The notes beneath the pieces were generated by a model that did no database searches, was not told where the DNA came from, and saw nothing but the letters and a program-made list of their open reading frames with translations. 64,000 bases of DNA from an uncultured candidatus Porisulfidus sp. (GTDB taxonomy: Bacteria; Pseudomonadota; Gammaproteobacteria; Poriferisulfidales; Poriferisulfidaceae): the NCBI GenBank assembly GCA_965214545.1, contig OZ243950.1, positions 247,764-311,763 on the forward strand, in the 5' to 3' direction. Position numbers and translations under genes: made by a program. Positions 16,972-27,785 of the stretch are shown in pieces. Each line of letters opens with the position of its first letter. Within the stretch, counting starts at the first letter, position 1.

Positions 16972-18111
16972 ATGTCTTACAGTGAATTATTTGAATTAAA
17001 TCCAAGCCTGGTTCATCTGAATCATGCCGGTGTTTCACCGTGGCCCAGAGCGACCGTCAAGGCCGTGACCCAGTTCGCCTATGAAAACGCGGCCTGGGGA
17101 TCCCGCCATTATGACCGATGGCTGCAGGAAGAAGTAGCTTTGCGGGAACTTGCCCGCTGGCTCCTGGACGCAGAGTCGAAGGAGGAAATCGCCTTTTTGA
17201 AGAACACGTCCGAGGGGGTTTCTGCCGTGGCTTTCGGACTGGACTGGAAGGCGGGCGACAACATCGTGCTGGCGCGGGAGGAATTCCCCTCGAACCGGAT
17301 TCCCTGGGAAGCGGTGGCGGCACGGCACGCCGTTGAGATTCGCTGGGTGGAGCTCAGTACGACAGACACTCCCGAGCAGGCGCTTCTTGAGTCCGTGGAT
17401 TCTCGAACCCGTGTCCTGACGACCAGTTCAGTGCACTATGCGTCCGGGCTCAAGATGGATCTTTCCCGCTTGGGGCATGCCTTGGACGGGACCCCTACCC
17501 TGTTTTTCGTGGATGCCATCCAGAGCCTAGGCGCGCATTCATTCAGTGTGCGTGATAACCGGATTGATTTCCTGGCGGCCGATGCCCACAAGTGGATGCT
17601 GGGGCCAGAAGGCATTGCCCTGTTCTGGGTCCGACCCGAACTGTACGAACGCCTCGACCTGTCACAGTACGGCTGGCACATGGTAGCCCGGCCCGGTCAT
17701 TACGGGGAAGCCACCTGGGCGGTTGCCCCAGATGCCCGGCGATTTGAATGCGGGAGCCTGAATACGCTCGGCATCTATGCCCTGCGTGCCAGCCTGGATC
17801 TGCTGCACGAAGTCGGCATGATCGAGATCGAGGAGCGCATCGCGGATCGCATCCAGCAGCTCGACCAATCTCTCCAGACCTTGGGCTGCCGAATACTGAC
17901 TCCTCCGGAACCGGAGCGGCGAGCCGGAATCCTGACCTTTGTGCCGCCTCGCCTGGAGAGCGAGAACGTATACCAACGCCTGATGGAACGCGGGGTTCTC
18001 TGTGCCGCGCGGGGGGGCGGAATCCGTTTTTCTCCCCACTTCTACACGTCGGCGAACGCGTTGCAGCTTGCACTTGAAGCCGTGCAGGAAATCCTCGACA
18101 GCGAGCCCTAA
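16972..18111 (+). CDS. class V aminotransferase-fold PLP enzyme (cysteine desulfurase / epimerase-like)
   Basis: 379 aa from ATG 16972 with the PLP-lysine context AADAHKW. The specific activity cannot be assigned. Confidence 0.75.
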   Translation: MSYSELFELNPSLVHLNHAGVSPWPRATVKAVTQFAYENAAWGSRHYDRWLQEEVALRELARWLLDAESKEEIAFLKNTSEGVSAVAFGLDWKAGDNIVLAREEFPSNRIPWEAVAARHAVEIRWVELSTTDTPEQALLESVDSRTRVLTTSSVHYASGLKMDLSRLGHALDGTPTLFFVDAIQSLGAHSFSVRDNRIDFLAADAHKWMLGPEGIALFWVRPELYERLDLSQYGWHMVARPGHYGEATWAVAPDARRFECGSLNTLGIYALRASLDLLHEVGMIEIEERIADRIQQLDQSLQTLGCRILTPPEPERRAGILTFVPPRLESENVYQRLMERGVLCAARGGGIRFSPHFYTSANALQLALEAVQEILDSEP

Positions 18112-19130
18112 TCCGCCCGAGGCCGGGAGGCGCCCGTCAGCGCCAGGCAGGCAGCTTCCAGGTTTAACTGCGGAGCCGGAATCGCCGCTTCCCGTTCCCG
18201 GATAGCCAGCAGTGCCCGATAGGCCTGGAGGGTTGCCCGGATGCGCGGAACAGAATCTTTCTTGGCCACTTTCGCCCGGATGTCTTCCACGACCCGTTCC
18301 ATCATCCAGATCAGGCGCAGGTCCATCGAAATCTCTTCTTGGGCGTCTTCGTTGCTCGCCTTCTTTCCGCGGACTTTCCCTTGGCCGGGGCTCGCATTCC
18401 ATGCGCTGGCAAAAGCGGATTCCGAGTGCTTGCCCGCCAACAACTCGGCCAGGTTCTGCTCGAATTCGTTGCGAATAGTTACTTGGTTATCCTGCTGCAT
18501 CTGCAAGGCTCGCATCGGCATCCCGCCCCCGGCCCGCAAGGCGCACTCGGCTTGTTCGGCAGTCATGAAGTCGGACAGCCATGCCTGGCTCTGTTGCGCA
18601 CTCGGCTCCGGCAAGGCATACCGCTGACACCGGCTGCGGATCGTTGCCAGCAGGCGCCCGGGTTGATGGCTGATCAAAAAAAGCACCGTGCCGGGAGGTG
18701 GCTCTTCGAGGCTCTTCAGGAGGGCATTTGAAGCCGCCCGGGTCATCCGTTCGGCCGGCTCGATTACCAACAGCCTCATCTCCCCGTAGTTGGCCTTCAG
18801 GGTCAGCCGCTTGATGATTTGATCCCGGATATCCCCGATCCCGATCGAGTAGCGTCCGATGGTCAGCCAGTCGATGTCGGGATGGGATTTCTTGTCGAGA
18901 TGACGGTAGGAGACGTACTGTTTGCATGACGGGCACTGATCGCAAGGCAGTCCCTGTTCGGTCGGTGCGCGACACTGAATGCCGCGGACGAACATCTCGA
19001 CCAGCCAGCGCTTGCCGACCCCGGACGGCCCGGTGACCAGTATGGCGTGTGGCAGCCGTCCTTCCCGGTAGGCGATTCGCCACTGCTTCCAGAGAGGCTC
19101 CAGCCAGGCGGGAATTTGTTCTCCGGGCAT
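18108..19130 (-). CDS. holB: DNA polymerase III subunit delta'
   Basis: 340 aa with LPHAILVTGPSGVGK and a Cys cluster CDQCPSC. It follows tmk as in E. coli. Confidence 0.85.
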   Translation of the reverse strand: MPGEQIPAWLEPLWKQWRIAYREGRLPHAILVTGPSGVGKRWLVEMFVRGIQCRAPTEQGLPCDQCPSCKQYVSYRHLDKKSHPDIDWLTIGRYSIGIGDIRDQIIKRLTLKANYGEMRLLVIEPAERMTRAASNALLKSLEEPPPGTVLFLISHQPGRLLATIRSRCQRYALPEPSAQQSQAWLSDFMTAEQAECALRAGGGMPMRALQMQQDNQVTIRNEFEQNLAELLAGKHSESAFASAWNASPGQGKVRGKKASNEDAQEEISMDLRLIWMMERVVEDIRAKVAKKDSVPRIRATLQAYRALLAIREREAAIPAPQLNLEAACLALTGASRPRAD

Positions 19131-19759
19131 CAGATCAAGGCGCGAAAGATTTCAAGGAGCTCCGCGTGGACTTCGTCGACCGGACGCTCCGCGTCGACAA
19201 CCCGGTAGCGGTCGGGCTGAGCGGCGGCCTGGTCCAGGTAGCATTGCCGCACACGGGTGAAAAACTCCAGGTCGTTCTCTTCGTAGCGGTCTTTCTTCTG
19301 TCCGCGTCTCTGGATACGCTCTAGTGCGGTTTCGACCGAGATGTCCAATACGATGACCCGGTCCGGGCGCAGATCCGGAAGCAACCACTGAGCCAGTTGT
19401 CCGACCCGATCGGTGCCCAGCCCCTGCCCTGCCCCCTGATAGGCGAAGCTGGCATCAAGGAAGCGGTCTGTCAGCACCCACGAACCGGCTTCCAGTGCCG
19501 GCTTGATGCGGGTTTGAACATGTTCTGCGCGGGCTGCGAAAATCAGGAGCAATTCCGCTTCCACGCTTGCGGGGGCCTGGGCTTGGGACAGCAGGATTTC
19601 GCGCACGCGCTCCCCAAATTCCGTCCCGCCGGGTTCCCGCGTCGCCAGGCAAGGGATCTTGTGGGATTCGAGCAGATCCACGAGGGTAGGCAGGTGCGTC
19701 GATTTCCCGGCCCCTTCGATGCCTTCAAGGCTGATGAATTGTGATTTCCGAGGCATCAT
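19130..19759 (-). CDS. tmk: thymidylate kinase
   Basis: 209 aa from ATG 19759, which forms an ATGA overlap with the mltG stop. Motifs FISLEGIEGAGKST and TREPGGT. Confidence 0.9.
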   Translation of the reverse strand: MMPRKSQFISLEGIEGAGKSTHLPTLVDLLESHKIPCLATREPGGTEFGERVREILLSQAQAPASVEAELLLIFAARAEHVQTRIKPALEAGSWVLTDRFLDASFAYQGAGQGLGTDRVGQLAQWLLPDLRPDRVIVLDISVETALERIQRRGQKKDRYEENDLEFFTRVRQCYLDQAAAQPDRYRVVDAERPVDEVHAELLEIFRALI

Positions 19760-20754
19760 TTTCTGCCCAGCTGGTATTTCCGGACGGCGCGCGCGTGTTC
19801 CTCGTAGGTCTCCGAGAAATAATGGCTCCCATCCCCGACTGCGACATAGTACAGGTTTTCTGTTTCCAGGTCCGGTTGGAGCGCGGCCTCCAGGGAACGC
19901 CGACCCGGGTTGCAGATGGGCCCGGGGGGAAGCCCGTAGATCCGGTAGGTGTTGTACGGGTTGACTTCGGGGTCCGCCCGCAGATGCTTGCGGGTCAGGT
20001 TGTTGTCGAAATCCGAGCCGAGGCCGTAGATGACCGTCGGGTCCGTCTGGAGACGCATATTTTTGCGCAGGCGGGAAATCAGGACGCCGGCGACTTCGGC
20101 GCGTTCCTCGTCCAGAGTGGTTTCCGCCTCGACAATGGAGGCCAGGATCAAGGCGTCTCTCGGCTCGTCGTACGGCAGCCCTGAGGCCCGCGTGGCCCAG
20201 AGCTCCTCCAATGTCTCGCGCATCGCCATGATGCACAAGCCCAGGATTTTGTAATCCGGATCGCCTCGGTAATGCTTGTAGGTGTCCGGAAGGCAGGCCC
20301 CTTCCGCTTCGTCCACGCTGGAATACCCGAACCTCAGCAAGGGGTTTTCCGTCTTTTTCACGGTCGGGTTCTTTCGCAGTGCCTCCATGATCTCGCGCAT
20401 TGTCCAGCCTTCGAAAAAAGTCTGCCGATGCAGGACCCCGCCGCCGTCGATCAGTTCCTGGAAGACATTCACGGTCGTCATTGGGCCGACCAGGACATAT
20501 TCTCCAGCCTTGATTCGGGTTTCGGCAGCCAGGTATCTTGCGGCAACCCAGGCGTACACGCGCCCGGTCACGGCCCCGCTTTCGAGCAGCTTGTCGGTGA
20601 TCCGGGTGAAACTGTCGCCCTTGTCGATGGTGACCGCCACGACCTGCTCGGCGGCAATCGCGTCCCGGGTCACGGTGATCCAGAGGTGAACACCCGACGT
20701 CAGGGCGGCGACGAACACCAGTATGGCGGCAAGACGCAGGAGCCGGGATGTCAC
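19756..20754 (-). CDS. mltG: endolytic murein transglycosylase MltG (YceG family)
   Basis: 332 aa from GTG 20754, which forms a GTGA overlap with the pabC stop. It has an N-terminal TM helix and the YceG pattern (FEGWT..EI, LASIVEAET). Confidence 0.85.
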   Translation of the reverse strand: MTSRLLRLAAILVFVAALTSGVHLWITVTRDAIAAEQVVAVTIDKGDSFTRITDKLLESGAVTGRVYAWVAARYLAAETRIKAGEYVLVGPMTTVNVFQELIDGGGVLHRQTFFEGWTMREIMEALRKNPTVKKTENPLLRFGYSSVDEAEGACLPDTYKHYRGDPDYKILGLCIMAMRETLEELWATRASGLPYDEPRDALILASIVEAETTLDEERAEVAGVLISRLRKNMRLQTDPTVIYGLGSDFDNNLTRKHLRADPEVNPYNTYRIYGLPPGPICNPGRRSLEAALQPDLETENLYYVAVGDGSHYFSETYEEHARAVRKYQLGRK

Positions 20755-21560
20755 GGCAGCTCCAGCCCGTCGATCGTGCGCAGAGTCGGCAACAGGTCCG
20801 GGAGCGGATAGTTCCGATCGTCGAAGCAGCGGACCGGCCACAGGCCGATCAGCGTGTTGCACAGAAATAAGGCCTGCGCCTCGCGCACCTGCTCCAGCGT
20901 AATCCGGGTAACTTCCACCGGGATGCCCAAGCCGGGGGCGCGGTCGATAATTCGTTGCCGGGTGACGCCGGCGACACCGCAACGGCTCAGGTCGGGGGTC
21001 CTCAGTGCACCATCGAACACCAGGAACACGTTGCTCATGGTGCCCTCAATGACATGGCCCTCGCCATCCAGCATTAAGCCTTCCTCCACCTCGTGCTGCC
21101 ATTCCTGCCGGGCTAGCACCTGTTCCAACCGATTGCAGTGCTTGAGGCCGGCTAGTGCGGGATTATGCCCCAGCCGGGCCTGGCACAGCCGGACACGAAT
21201 GCCTTCCCGCGCGTGTTTCGGAGGATAGTCCGGCCAATCGCTCGCGATGAGAATCCTGCGGGTGGACGCCTGCTCCGGGGTCCGGTACCCGCGCGGCCCG
21301 GAACCCCGAGTCAGCAAAACCTTGACGACCTTTCGAGGCGCGCCCGCGCTCAACTCGGAGACCTCGCGTTCCAGCAGGGTCGGCTCCGGGCAGCGCAGGC
21401 CCAACCGCCGGCATCCTTCGCCGAGTCGCCGCCAGTGATCCGCCCGGCAGCGAATCTGTCCATTGAACACCGCCAGGGTCTCGAACAGGCCGTCTCCGTA
21501 ATGCAGACCCCGGTCCGTCGCGTCGACCTGGGATTGCACGACGCCGTCGACCAGGATCAT
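20751..21560 (-). CDS. pabC: aminodeoxychorismate lyase (class IV aminotransferase fold)
   Basis: 269 aa with DRGLHYGDGLFET. Its position between fabF and mltG matches the E. coli order. Confidence 0.75.
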   Translation of the reverse strand: MILVDGVVQSQVDATDRGLHYGDGLFETLAVFNGQIRCRADHWRRLGEGCRRLGLRCPEPTLLEREVSELSAGAPRKVVKVLLTRGSGPRGYRTPEQASTRRILIASDWPDYPPKHAREGIRVRLCQARLGHNPALAGLKHCNRLEQVLARQEWQHEVEEGLMLDGEGHVIEGTMSNVFLVFDGALRTPDLSRCGVAGVTRQRIIDRAPGLGIPVEVTRITLEQVREAQALFLCNTLIGLWPVRCFDDRNYPLPDLLPTLRTIDGLELP

Positions 21561-21591
21561 GAGGGGGATTTAATTCGGAGCCTGGCCCCGT

Positions 21592-22833
21592 TCAAGCGCG
21601 CTTGAAGACCAGGCTGCCATTGGTCCCGCCGAAACCGAAAGAATTGGACAGGATCACGTCCACCGGTGTCTCGCGGGCGGTATTGGGAACATAGTCGAGA
21701 TCGCAATCGGGATCCGGAGTCTGGTAGTTGATGGTCGGGGGAATGACTTGGTGGTGCAGGGTCAGCAGGCTGAACACCGCTTCCACACCTCCGGCGGCTC
21801 CGAGCAGGTGCCCAATCATGGACTTGTTGGAACTGATCGCGACTTTTCCGGCATGGTCCTGGAACACGGCTTTGATCGCGTCGGTCTCCGCCTTGTCGCC
21901 GGCAGGCGTCGAAGTGCCATGGGCATTGATGTAATCGACGGCTTCCGGAGCGGTCCGGGCATCGTCCAGCGCCCGTCGCATGCAGCGGGCCGCGCCCTCC
22001 CCGCCTGGGCTCGGCTGGGTCATGTGGTGGGCGTCCCCGTTCATTCCGAACCCGACCACCTCCCCGTAAATTCGGGCGCCCCGGGCTTTCGCCGATTCGT
22101 ATTCTTCCAGTACGACCACCCCGGCGCCTTCTCCCAGGACGAAGCCATCACGCTCGGCGTCCCAGGGGCGCGATGCCGTTTCCGGCTCATCGTTGTGCGA
22201 GGCACACAAGGCTCGGGCCGAGGCGAAGCCGCCGACCCCAAGCGGGCTGGTCGCCATCTCGGTCCCTCCGGCCACCATCACTTCGGCGTCCCCGTGCGCA
22301 ATGGCCCGCGCCGCCAAACCAATATTGTGTGTGCCCGTGGCGCAGGCAGAGACGACCGCGATGTTGGGTCCCTTCAGATTGAGCAGGACCGACAGGTCGC
22401 CCGAGACCATGTTGATGATACTGCTCGGCACGAAGAACGGGGAGATCTTGCGTGGCCCGGAAGCCGAGAAAGCTCCGTGATTGTTTTCGATGCACGGCAA
22501 GCCGCCGATTCCGGATCCGATCGCCACGCCGATGTCCGGCGCATTCTCGTCGGTCACTTCCAGGCCCGAGTCCCGGATGGCGTCGACCGCGGCCGCAATG
22601 CCATAGTGGATGAACACATCCATTTTTCTCTGTTCCTTGGGGGAGATGTAGTCGTCGGCATTGAAGTCGACGACCGAGCCGCAAATGCGCACCGAGAAAT
22701 CGGTGGCATCAAAACGCGTGATGGGCCGGATGCCGCTGTGCCCGGCGGTCAGGTTATCCCAGGCCTTGGAGACGGTCGAACCGATCGGCGACACCACGCC
22801 GAGACCCGTGGCTACGACTCTACGCCGAGACAT
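21592..22833 (-). CDS. fabF: beta-ketoacyl-ACP synthase II
   Basis: 413 aa with active-site context VSACATG, plus HGTSTPAGD and GHLLGAAG. Confidence 0.95.
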   Translation of the reverse strand: MSRRRVVATGLGVVSPIGSTVSKAWDNLTAGHSGIRPITRFDATDFSVRICGSVVDFNADDYISPKEQRKMDVFIHYGIAAAVDAIRDSGLEVTDENAPDIGVAIGSGIGGLPCIENNHGAFSASGPRKISPFFVPSSIINMVSGDLSVLLNLKGPNIAVVSACATGTHNIGLAARAIAHGDAEVMVAGGTEMATSPLGVGGFASARALCASHNDEPETASRPWDAERDGFVLGEGAGVVVLEEYESAKARGARIYGEVVGFGMNGDAHHMTQPSPGGEGAARCMRRALDDARTAPEAVDYINAHGTSTPAGDKAETDAIKAVFQDHAGKVAISSNKSMIGHLLGAAGGVEAVFSLLTLHHQVIPPTINYQTPDPDCDLDYVPNTARETPVDVILSNSFGFGGTNGSLVFKRA

Positions 22834-22950
22834 GCTGAGGTCCGGGACGGGTCATGGGAAGCGGAAAAGCCGAGCGCTGATGACCGTGAAATCCACCAGG
22901 GCCTGCTATTTGGACAATGTCCTGGTTTGGTCGGTATCTAGGGGGATGGC

Positions 22951-23187
22951 TTATTCGCTGGCCTTGATGAAATCCACCGCCTGCTGGACGGTCGTGATCT
23001 TCTCGGCCATCTCGTCCGGGATGGTCAGGTCGAATTCCTCTTCCAGAGCCATCACCAACTCCACCGTGTCCAGGGAGTCAGCGTCCAGGTCAGCAACGAA
23101 CGCCGAGGACAGTGAGACTTTTTCTGTGTCTACGCCCAGTTGTTCCGAAACGACTTTCGTGACACGTTCTTCGATGTTGTCGCTCAT
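22951..23187 (-). CDS. acpP: acyl carrier protein
   Basis: 78 aa from ATG 23187 with the phosphopantetheine site [19 protein letters not shown]. Confidence 0.95.
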   Translation of the reverse strand: MSDNIEERVTKVVSEQLGVDTEKVSLSSAFVADLDADSLDTVELVMALEEEFDLTIPDEMAEKITTVQQAVDFIKASE

Positions 23188-23356
23188 TATGATTGTTTCC
23201 TCAAGTTGATAAGTGAATGGCGGAAGCTTGAAATCAGGGATACAGCGAGGGCATCCCTCTTCCGTATTCTGCGCCAATTATACCAACAGGGGGGAGCCGG
23301 GACTCCGGCCGTGTGCGCGGCCCTCCAAAGCCGAGTCTGGCGACCCGCGCCCTTGT

Positions 23357-24094
23357 TCACCCCATGAACATCCCGCCGTTCACATGCAGGGTCTCGCCGG
23401 TCACGTAGTCGCCTCCGGCCCCGGCCAGGTAAAGCACGGCGGCCGCCACATCTCCGGCCGTGCCCAGGCGCTGCAGCGGGATCCGCTTGTGCAGTTCGCC
23501 CTGCTGCTCTTCCGAGAGACCCCGGGTCATGTCGGTTTCGATAAACCCCGGAGCCACGCAGTTGACGGTGATGCCGCGCGCGCCGACTTCCTGGGCCAGC
23601 GCCCGGGTAAACCCGACCAGCCCGGCCTTGGTGGACGCATAGTTGGCTTGCCCCGGGTTGCCGGTGAAGCCCACCACCGAAGACAGGTTGATGATCCGTC
23701 CCCGACGGGCCTTGAGCATGCTGCGCACGCAGCCGCGAGTCAACTGGAACACGCCGCGGAGATTGGTCGCCAGCACCTCGTCCCATTCCTCGTCCTTCAT
23801 CCGGATCAGGAGGTTGTCCCGGGTGATGCCGGCATTGTTGATCAGGATGCCCGGCATGCGGCCCTGCTCGCCCAATCGCTCAAGCAATGCGCGGATCGAA
23901 GCAGGATCTTGGAGTTGCAGGGTTTCCCCGGAGCCTCCGGACCCGATTTCATCAAGAAACGATTGGACTTGTTGGGCGCCTTCTTCGGTTGTGGCGGTGC
24001 CGGTGACTTGAGCCCCGTTTTCCGCCAGGGCCCGGGCGATTGCCTGCCCGATCCCGCGGCTCGCACCAGTCACCAGGGCCTGTTCACCCTGCAT
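23357..24094 (-). CDS. fabG: 3-oxoacyl-ACP reductase
   Basis: 245 aa SDR with TGASRGIG and YASTKAG. Confidence 0.95.
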   Translation of the reverse strand: MQGEQALVTGASRGIGQAIARALAENGAQVTGTATTEEGAQQVQSFLDEIGSGGSGETLQLQDPASIRALLERLGEQGRMPGILINNAGITRDNLLIRMKDEEWDEVLATNLRGVFQLTRGCVRSMLKARRGRIINLSSVVGFTGNPGQANYASTKAGLVGFTRALAQEVGARGITVNCVAPGFIETDMTRGLSEEQQGELHKRIPLQRLGTAGDVAAAVLYLAGAGGDYVTGETLHVNGGMFMG

Positions 24095-25028
24095 CCGAGG
24101 CCTCCTTGAGCGCCTGTTCCAGACTGTCCAGTGAGTCCACGCACAGGCCGGACAACGAGCGGTCGATGCGACGCGCCAAGCCGGTCAGGATTTTCCCCGG
24201 CCCCATCTCGACTTGCATGTGAATACCCTGTCCCATCATCCACAGTATACTTTCCGTCCAGCGCACCGGCGAATACAGTTGCCGCGCCAGCGCATCCCGG
24301 ATGCGCACCGGGTCGCTCTCCATACCTGCATCGACGTTGTTGACAACTGGAGTCTCCGGAGTGACGAAATCCACGGCCTCCAAAGCCTCCGCGTAACGCT
24401 CGGCCGCCGGGCGCATCAGGGCGGAGTGCGCCGGGACGCTGACCTCCAGCAGCATGGCGCGCCGCGCACCGGCTTCCTTGCAGGCCTCCACCGCCTGCTC
24501 CACCGCCACACGGTGCCCCGACAGCACCACCTGCCCGGGCGCATTGAAGTTGGCGGCCTCGACCACTGCGTCCGACACCGATACCTGCCCGCAAACTTCG
24601 CGCACCTGCTCATCGTCGAGTCCAAGCACCGCGGCCATGCTGCCGACGCCGTCCGGCACCGCCTGCTGCATCAGTTCGCCCCGGCGCCGCACCAGCGGCA
24701 CGGCCGCCGAAAATTCCAGTGCTCCGGCCGCGACCAGGGCCGTGTATTCGCCAAAGCTGTGCCCGGCAAAATAAGTCGGCATCCCTCCTCCGTGCTGCCG
24801 CCAGATTCGCCAGACCGAAATCTCCGCGGCCAGTAGCGCCGGCTGCGCGTTGCGGGTCTGGTTCAGTTGCTCGGCCGGGCCTTGGTCCACCAACCGCCAA
24901 AGGTCTTCGCCTAACGCCTCGGAGGCCTCTGCGAAGGTCTGCGCCACCTCGGGACAGGAGTCCGCGAACCCGGACATCATCCCCACTTTCTGGGCGCCCT
25001 GCCCCGGAAACACGCAGGCCAACGTCAT
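24084..25028 (-). CDS. fabD: malonyl CoA-ACP transacylase
   Basis: 314 aa from ATG 25028 with FPGQGAQ and GHSFGEY. Confidence 0.9.
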   Translation of the reverse strand: MTLACVFPGQGAQKVGMMSGFADSCPEVAQTFAEASEALGEDLWRLVDQGPAEQLNQTRNAQPALLAAEISVWRIWRQHGGGMPTYFAGHSFGEYTALVAAGALEFSAAVPLVRRRGELMQQAVPDGVGSMAAVLGLDDEQVREVCGQVSVSDAVVEAANFNAPGQVVLSGHRVAVEQAVEACKEAGARRAMLLEVSVPAHSALMRPAAERYAEALEAVDFVTPETPVVNNVDAGMESDPVRIRDALARQLYSPVRWTESILWMMGQGIHMQVEMGPGKILTGLARRIDRSLSGLCVDSLDSLEQALKEASDAG

Positions 25029-25102
25029 GCCGCGATCGGCCCTAACTTGTGATTCGTTTCGACATGCCTGATAATGACCCCGCCGCAAAACCGCAACAAC
25101 AC

Positions 25103-25321
25103 ATGCCAAAGGAAGAACATATCGAAATGGAAGGGGTCGTCGTCGAGACGCTTCCCAACACCATGTTTCGCGTGGAATTGACGAACGGGCATGTGGTTAC
25201 GGCGCATATCTCGGGGCGGATGCGGAAACACTACATCCGGATTCTGACCGGGGACAAGGTCACCGTCGCGCTGACCCCGTACGATCTGAGCAAAGGCCGC
25301 ATCGTCTACCGAACCCGCTGA
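25103..25321 (+). CDS. infA: translation initiation factor IF-1
   Basis: 72 aa from ATG 25103. The sequence [30 protein letters not shown]...IVYR is near-canonical IF-1. Confidence 0.95.
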   Translation: MPKEEHIEMEGVVVETLPNTMFRVELTNGHVVTAHISGRMRKHYIRILTGDKVTVALTPYDLSKGRIVYRTR

Positions 25322-25327
25322 TCCCGA

Positions 25328-27601
25328 TCAGTGCAGCGTCTCCGGCACGGCCTGTTTCGCAGGCTCCACCGTCACCTGCAACCCGGCCCGGTTCGCGCTC
25401 AGGCGAACCGTCCCACCCTCGCCCAAGGCACCGCATAAAATCTTGTCTGCCAACGGGACCCGGATCTGGTCCCGGATGACCCGCTGCATGAAACGCGCGC
25501 CCATCACGGGGTCGAATCCTTCCCGGGCCAGCCAGCGCCGCGCGCGGATGTCTGTCTTCAGCCAGATGCCCTGCTCGCCCAAAGAGGCCTCCAGTTCGCC
25601 CAGCAGCTTGCCGACCACGGCCAGGATGCTTTGCTCATCGAGCGGGGCGAACTGGACGATGGCATCCAGCCGGTTGCGGAATTCCGGCGCGAACACCCGC
25701 TCGATGTCTTTCCCGATGTCGGTTCTGTGGTCCTGCGGCGTGAAGCCCATGCTGGCGCGGCTGGCATGCCCGGCGCCGACGTTGCAGGTCATCGCCAACA
25801 GCAGGTTGCGGAAATCCACCGCCCGCCCGTTGCTGTCGGTCAGCTTGCCGTAATCCATGACCTGCAAGAGCACGTTCATCACGTCCGGGTGTGCCTTCTC
25901 CACTTCGTCGAGCAGCAGCACCGCGTAGGGGTGGCGCATGACGGCCTCGGTCAGCATGCCCCCCTCGTCGTGGCCGACGTAACCCGGAGGGGCCCCGATC
26001 AGGCGTGCCACGGACTGCCGCTCCATGTACTCCGACATGTCGAAGCGCAGTAATTCCACGCCCATCACCTCGGCGATCTGGCGACACACCTCGGTTTTGC
26101 CCACCCCAGTCGGGCCGCTGAATAGGAATGCCCCCATCGGGCGCTGTTCCGGTTTGAGACGCGCACGCGACACTTTGATGGCCTGGGTCAGCTGGTCGAT
26201 CGCTTCATCCTGGCCGAACACCAGCCCCTTGAGTTTGCGGTCCAACTCCAGGAGGGCTTCTGCCGACGAGGTGCTGACGCTGCGCTCCGGAATCCGCGCC
26301 ATCGTCGCAACGGTGCGCTCGACATCCGCCACCTGTACTGAATAAGGCACCGGGGCCTCGGGCTCCAGGCGGCAGCCGGAACCGGTCTCGTCCATCAGGT
26401 CGACCGCCTTGTCCGGAAGTCGCCGATCGTGCAGGTACTTCGCGGATAAATCCACGATCGCCCGGATGACGTCCTCGCCGTAGGTGACCTGGTGATGGGT
26501 CTCGTAGCCGTCCTTCAGGCCGGCCAGAATCTGGTAGGTTTCCTCGACGGAGGGCTCCGGCACTTCGATCCGGCGGAAGCGTCGCGCCAGGGCAGAATCC
26601 TGCTCGAAGATCTGCCGGAATTCGCGGTGGGTGGTGGCCCCGATGCAGCGGAATCCTTCCGTCGTCAACAGGGGCTTGAGTTGGTCCGCCGCATCCATCG
26701 CCATGCCGGAGGCGGAGCCGGCCCCGACCAGCATGTGGATTTCGTCGATGAACAGGATCGTGTCGGGGCGCTTCTTCAGGTTGCCCAGGAAATTCTTCAT
26801 GCGTTCCTCGAAGTCGCCGCGGAAGCGGGTTCCGGCAACGAGATTGCCCACGTTGAGGGACAGCACCGTGGATGCGGCCAGGCTTTTCGGCACCTCGCCC
26901 TGGACGATCCGCCAAGCGAGCCCCTCGGCTAAGGCCGTCTTGCCGACGCCGGCCTCGCCGACCAGCACCACGTTGTTCTTCCGCCGCCGCCCCAAGGTCT
27001 GGATGATCTGGTTCATCTCTTCCTGTCGGCCAATCAGTGCGTCGATCCCACCCGCCTGCACCCGTTTGTTCAGATCCACCGCGCAGTGTTCCATGGCCAG
27101 CTTGTTGCGCGCCAGGGCCTCCATGGGGTCCCCGCCGCGCCGTGCCGGCTTCCGCCCGGCGGTGTCTTGCGCCTCGAACCGGACGCGATCCATGCGCACC
27201 CGGAATTGCGAGACCTGATCGCGGTCGAGCCCGTGTTTTCGAAGCAGCTGCACCGCATGCGACTGCGGCTCCTCGAACAGCATTTCCAAGACATGCACGC
27301 CGGTCGGCACCTCGAAGATCATCTGGGCGCGCGCCTGCACCCGGGTGACGCTGCGCGTCTCCTCGACTTTCTGCGAGGTGTTGCTGACCCGAGGCGTGTG
27401 GCGGTCGATAAATTCGAGCAGTTCGTCCTGGAATACCGACAGGGCGATTTCATGCTCGCGGAAGAGCCCTTGCGCGGTCGGCTCGTTCAGGATCGCGAGG
27501 ACGACGTGCTCCAGGGTTACATAGCCGTGCCCACGGTTTCGGGCAAGCTGCCAGATCTCCGATAATGCGCGCTCGAATTCGTCGCCGAATGCCCCGCTCA
27601 C
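25328..27601 (-). CDS. clpA: ATP-dependent Clp protease ATP-binding subunit ClpA
   Basis: 757 aa starting at GTG 27601. Two AAA+ modules (GEAGVGKTA and GPTGVGKTE). It is convergent with infA as in E. coli. Confidence 0.9.
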   Translation of the reverse strand: MSGAFGDEFERALSEIWQLARNRGHGYVTLEHVVLAILNEPTAQGLFREHEIALSVFQDELLEFIDRHTPRVSNTSQKVEETRSVTRVQARAQMIFEVPTGVHVLEMLFEEPQSHAVQLLRKHGLDRDQVSQFRVRMDRVRFEAQDTAGRKPARRGGDPMEALARNKLAMEHCAVDLNKRVQAGGIDALIGRQEEMNQIIQTLGRRRKNNVVLVGEAGVGKTALAEGLAWRIVQGEVPKSLAASTVLSLNVGNLVAGTRFRGDFEERMKNFLGNLKKRPDTILFIDEIHMLVGAGSASGMAMDAADQLKPLLTTEGFRCIGATTHREFRQIFEQDSALARRFRRIEVPEPSVEETYQILAGLKDGYETHHQVTYGEDVIRAIVDLSAKYLHDRRLPDKAVDLMDETGSGCRLEPEAPVPYSVQVADVERTVATMARIPERSVSTSSAEALLELDRKLKGLVFGQDEAIDQLTQAIKVSRARLKPEQRPMGAFLFSGPTGVGKTEVCRQIAEVMGVELLRFDMSEYMERQSVARLIGAPPGYVGHDEGGMLTEAVMRHPYAVLLLDEVEKAHPDVMNVLLQVMDYGKLTDSNGRAVDFRNLLLAMTCNVGAGHASRASMGFTPQDHRTDIGKDIERVFAPEFRNRLDAIVQFAPLDEQSILAVVGKLLGELEASLGEQGIWLKTDIRARRWLAREGFDPVMGARFMQRVIRDQIRVPLADKILCGALGEGGTVRLSANRAGLQVTVEPAKQAVPETLH

Positions 27602-27785
27602 GACACCCTCCCCGGCGGCAGGCCGGATCTTTCTGGCACACCGGCCCCCTGGCTCGTCCGGTTCGCCGGACCCTGGATACGGAGCCTAGTCGCGTGTGTT
27701 GGCATGAGGGGATACGCCCGGAAGTTCGTTATTTACTAGAATTCACTCTATCATATCCGCGACACCGACCCACTGTTAACCTGCC

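Noticed and set aside
19760-20236. Long N-terminal extensions of annotated ORFs, for example tmk as 368 aa, fumC as 554 aa, the RimK-type ligase as 420 aa, nlpD as 340 aa and surE as 297 aa
   Set aside because: The extensions overlap upstream genes and are low-complexity. Internal ATG or GTG starts give canonical N-termini, often with ATGA/GTGA coupling to the upstream stop.
21748-22941. 397-aa ORF on the plus strand
   Set aside because: It is antisense to fabF and is a high-GC shadow ORF.
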